A DNA stretch of 64,000 bases from Narcine bancroftii (taxonomy: Eukaryota). The stretch spans positions 170,686,001 through 170,750,000 of the forward strand of contig NC_091474.1 of NCBI RefSeq assembly GCF_036971445.1. The letters run 5' to 3'. Below are positions 63,068 to 64,000 of the stretch, piece after piece. The translations under genes were made by a program, and so were the position numbers. The notes beneath the pieces were generated by a model. It made no database searches, was not told the origin of the DNA, and saw only the letters and a program-made list of their open reading frames with translations. The number at the start of each line of letters is the position of its first letter. Position 1 is the first letter of the stretch.

Positions 63068-64000
63068 CTCGTTTGTCTCTTTCTCGCACCAGGACGTAGT
63101 CTAGGAGGTGCCAGTGTTTGGATCAGGGATGCATCCAGGTAGTCTTCAGGCTGTCCCTCTGCTGAAAAAGGGTGTTTGTAATGACAAGCCGCTGTTCTGC
63201 GCAGAGCTCCAACAGGAGGCGCCCGTTGTCGATGCACTTGCCGACGCCATGCTTGCCCAGGATTCCTGGCCAGGTTTCTGAGTCTTTGCTGACGCAAGCG
63301 TTGAAGTCGCCAAGGATGACAACCTTGTCGGCTGTAGGGGTGCGTTGAATGAGGTTGCGCAGATCAGTGTAGAACTTGTCCTTTCCTGCTGGTTCCGCTT
63401 GGAGGGTTGGAGTATAGACACTGATGAGGGTGATGCGACGCTTGTTTTGAAGGGGAGTCGCATGGACATGATCCGGTCTGAGTGGCCTGTCGGGAGGTTT
63501 TCAAGTTTGGAGGCAATGGAGTTCTTGACCATGAAGCCTACACCAGATAGGCGTCGTTCATCCATAGGCTTGCCAGACCAGTAGAGTGTGTAGCCCACAC
63601 TGCGTTCTTGGAGGCTGCCTACATCTGCAAGGCGGACTTCACTGAGAGCGGCTATGTCGATGTCAAGTCTGAGGAGTTCATGTGCGATGAAGGCAGACTG
63701 ACATTCAGGTCGGTGGCTGTCAGCCTTGTCTAGCATGGTTCTGATGTTCCAGCATGCTAGCTTGAGTTTGTGAGCATCTTTTGAGGGGGAGGACGTGGAG
63801 GGGGAGGATGTGGACATGTCCTCGGGCCTGCGCAAAGGAGCTTTTAGGTGGAGTGCAGTGTGCGCAGTACTGGCCCCACCCTTTACACCCATGGTTCGTG
63901 TGCCGTGGCCAAGCAAGCTGGGACGTGGCAGCGAGGTCCTTGGGTCGTAGGTTTTATATCGGAGTGGCCTTCTCCTATGCAGGTTTCTAAACCGGGCTGG
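63068..64000 (-). mobile_element. Young RTE LINE 5' region (APE endonuclease), ends abruptly at ~63068 and continues beyond the window
   Basis: KLACWNIRTM..DIAALSEVRL..YTLYWSG..GVGFMVK, with one frameshift; GDFNA and HWHLLDYVLVR downstream. Confidence 0.9.

Overview
Eukaryotic (vertebrate) genomic DNA. The repeat families (CR1 with SGNH-esterase ORF1, V-SINE/HE1-like SINEs, Deu-type SINE, Penelope GIY-YIG, Rex1) point to a cartilaginous fish, probably a ray (inference). The only recognisable host gene is the last coding exon and ~1.1 kb 3'UTR of RCAN2 (calcipressin-2) on the minus strand (CDS 34985-35145, AATAAA at 33886-33891). Everything above 35145 is most likely its last intron; 1-33.8 kb is downstream intergenic DNA. 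Most of the window is nested transposable elements. These include two complete Gypsy proviruses (10099-14853, young, minus; 40720-50036, older, plus, containing an L1 and a solo LTR) and two young RTE LINEs with twin-priming 5' inversions, plus a third at the window end. There are also many CR1, L1, Rex1 and Penelope fragments and hAT/Harbinger/Tc1 MITEs. The least explained feature is a ~1.1 kb CpG-rich, strand-biased repeat/spacer-like array (9249-10098 plus 14859-~15105, split by the young Gypsy). In it a ~14-bp core GCGGACCTGAAAGG recurs about every 36-43 bp between mostly unique spacers. All calls were made by eye, without database searches.
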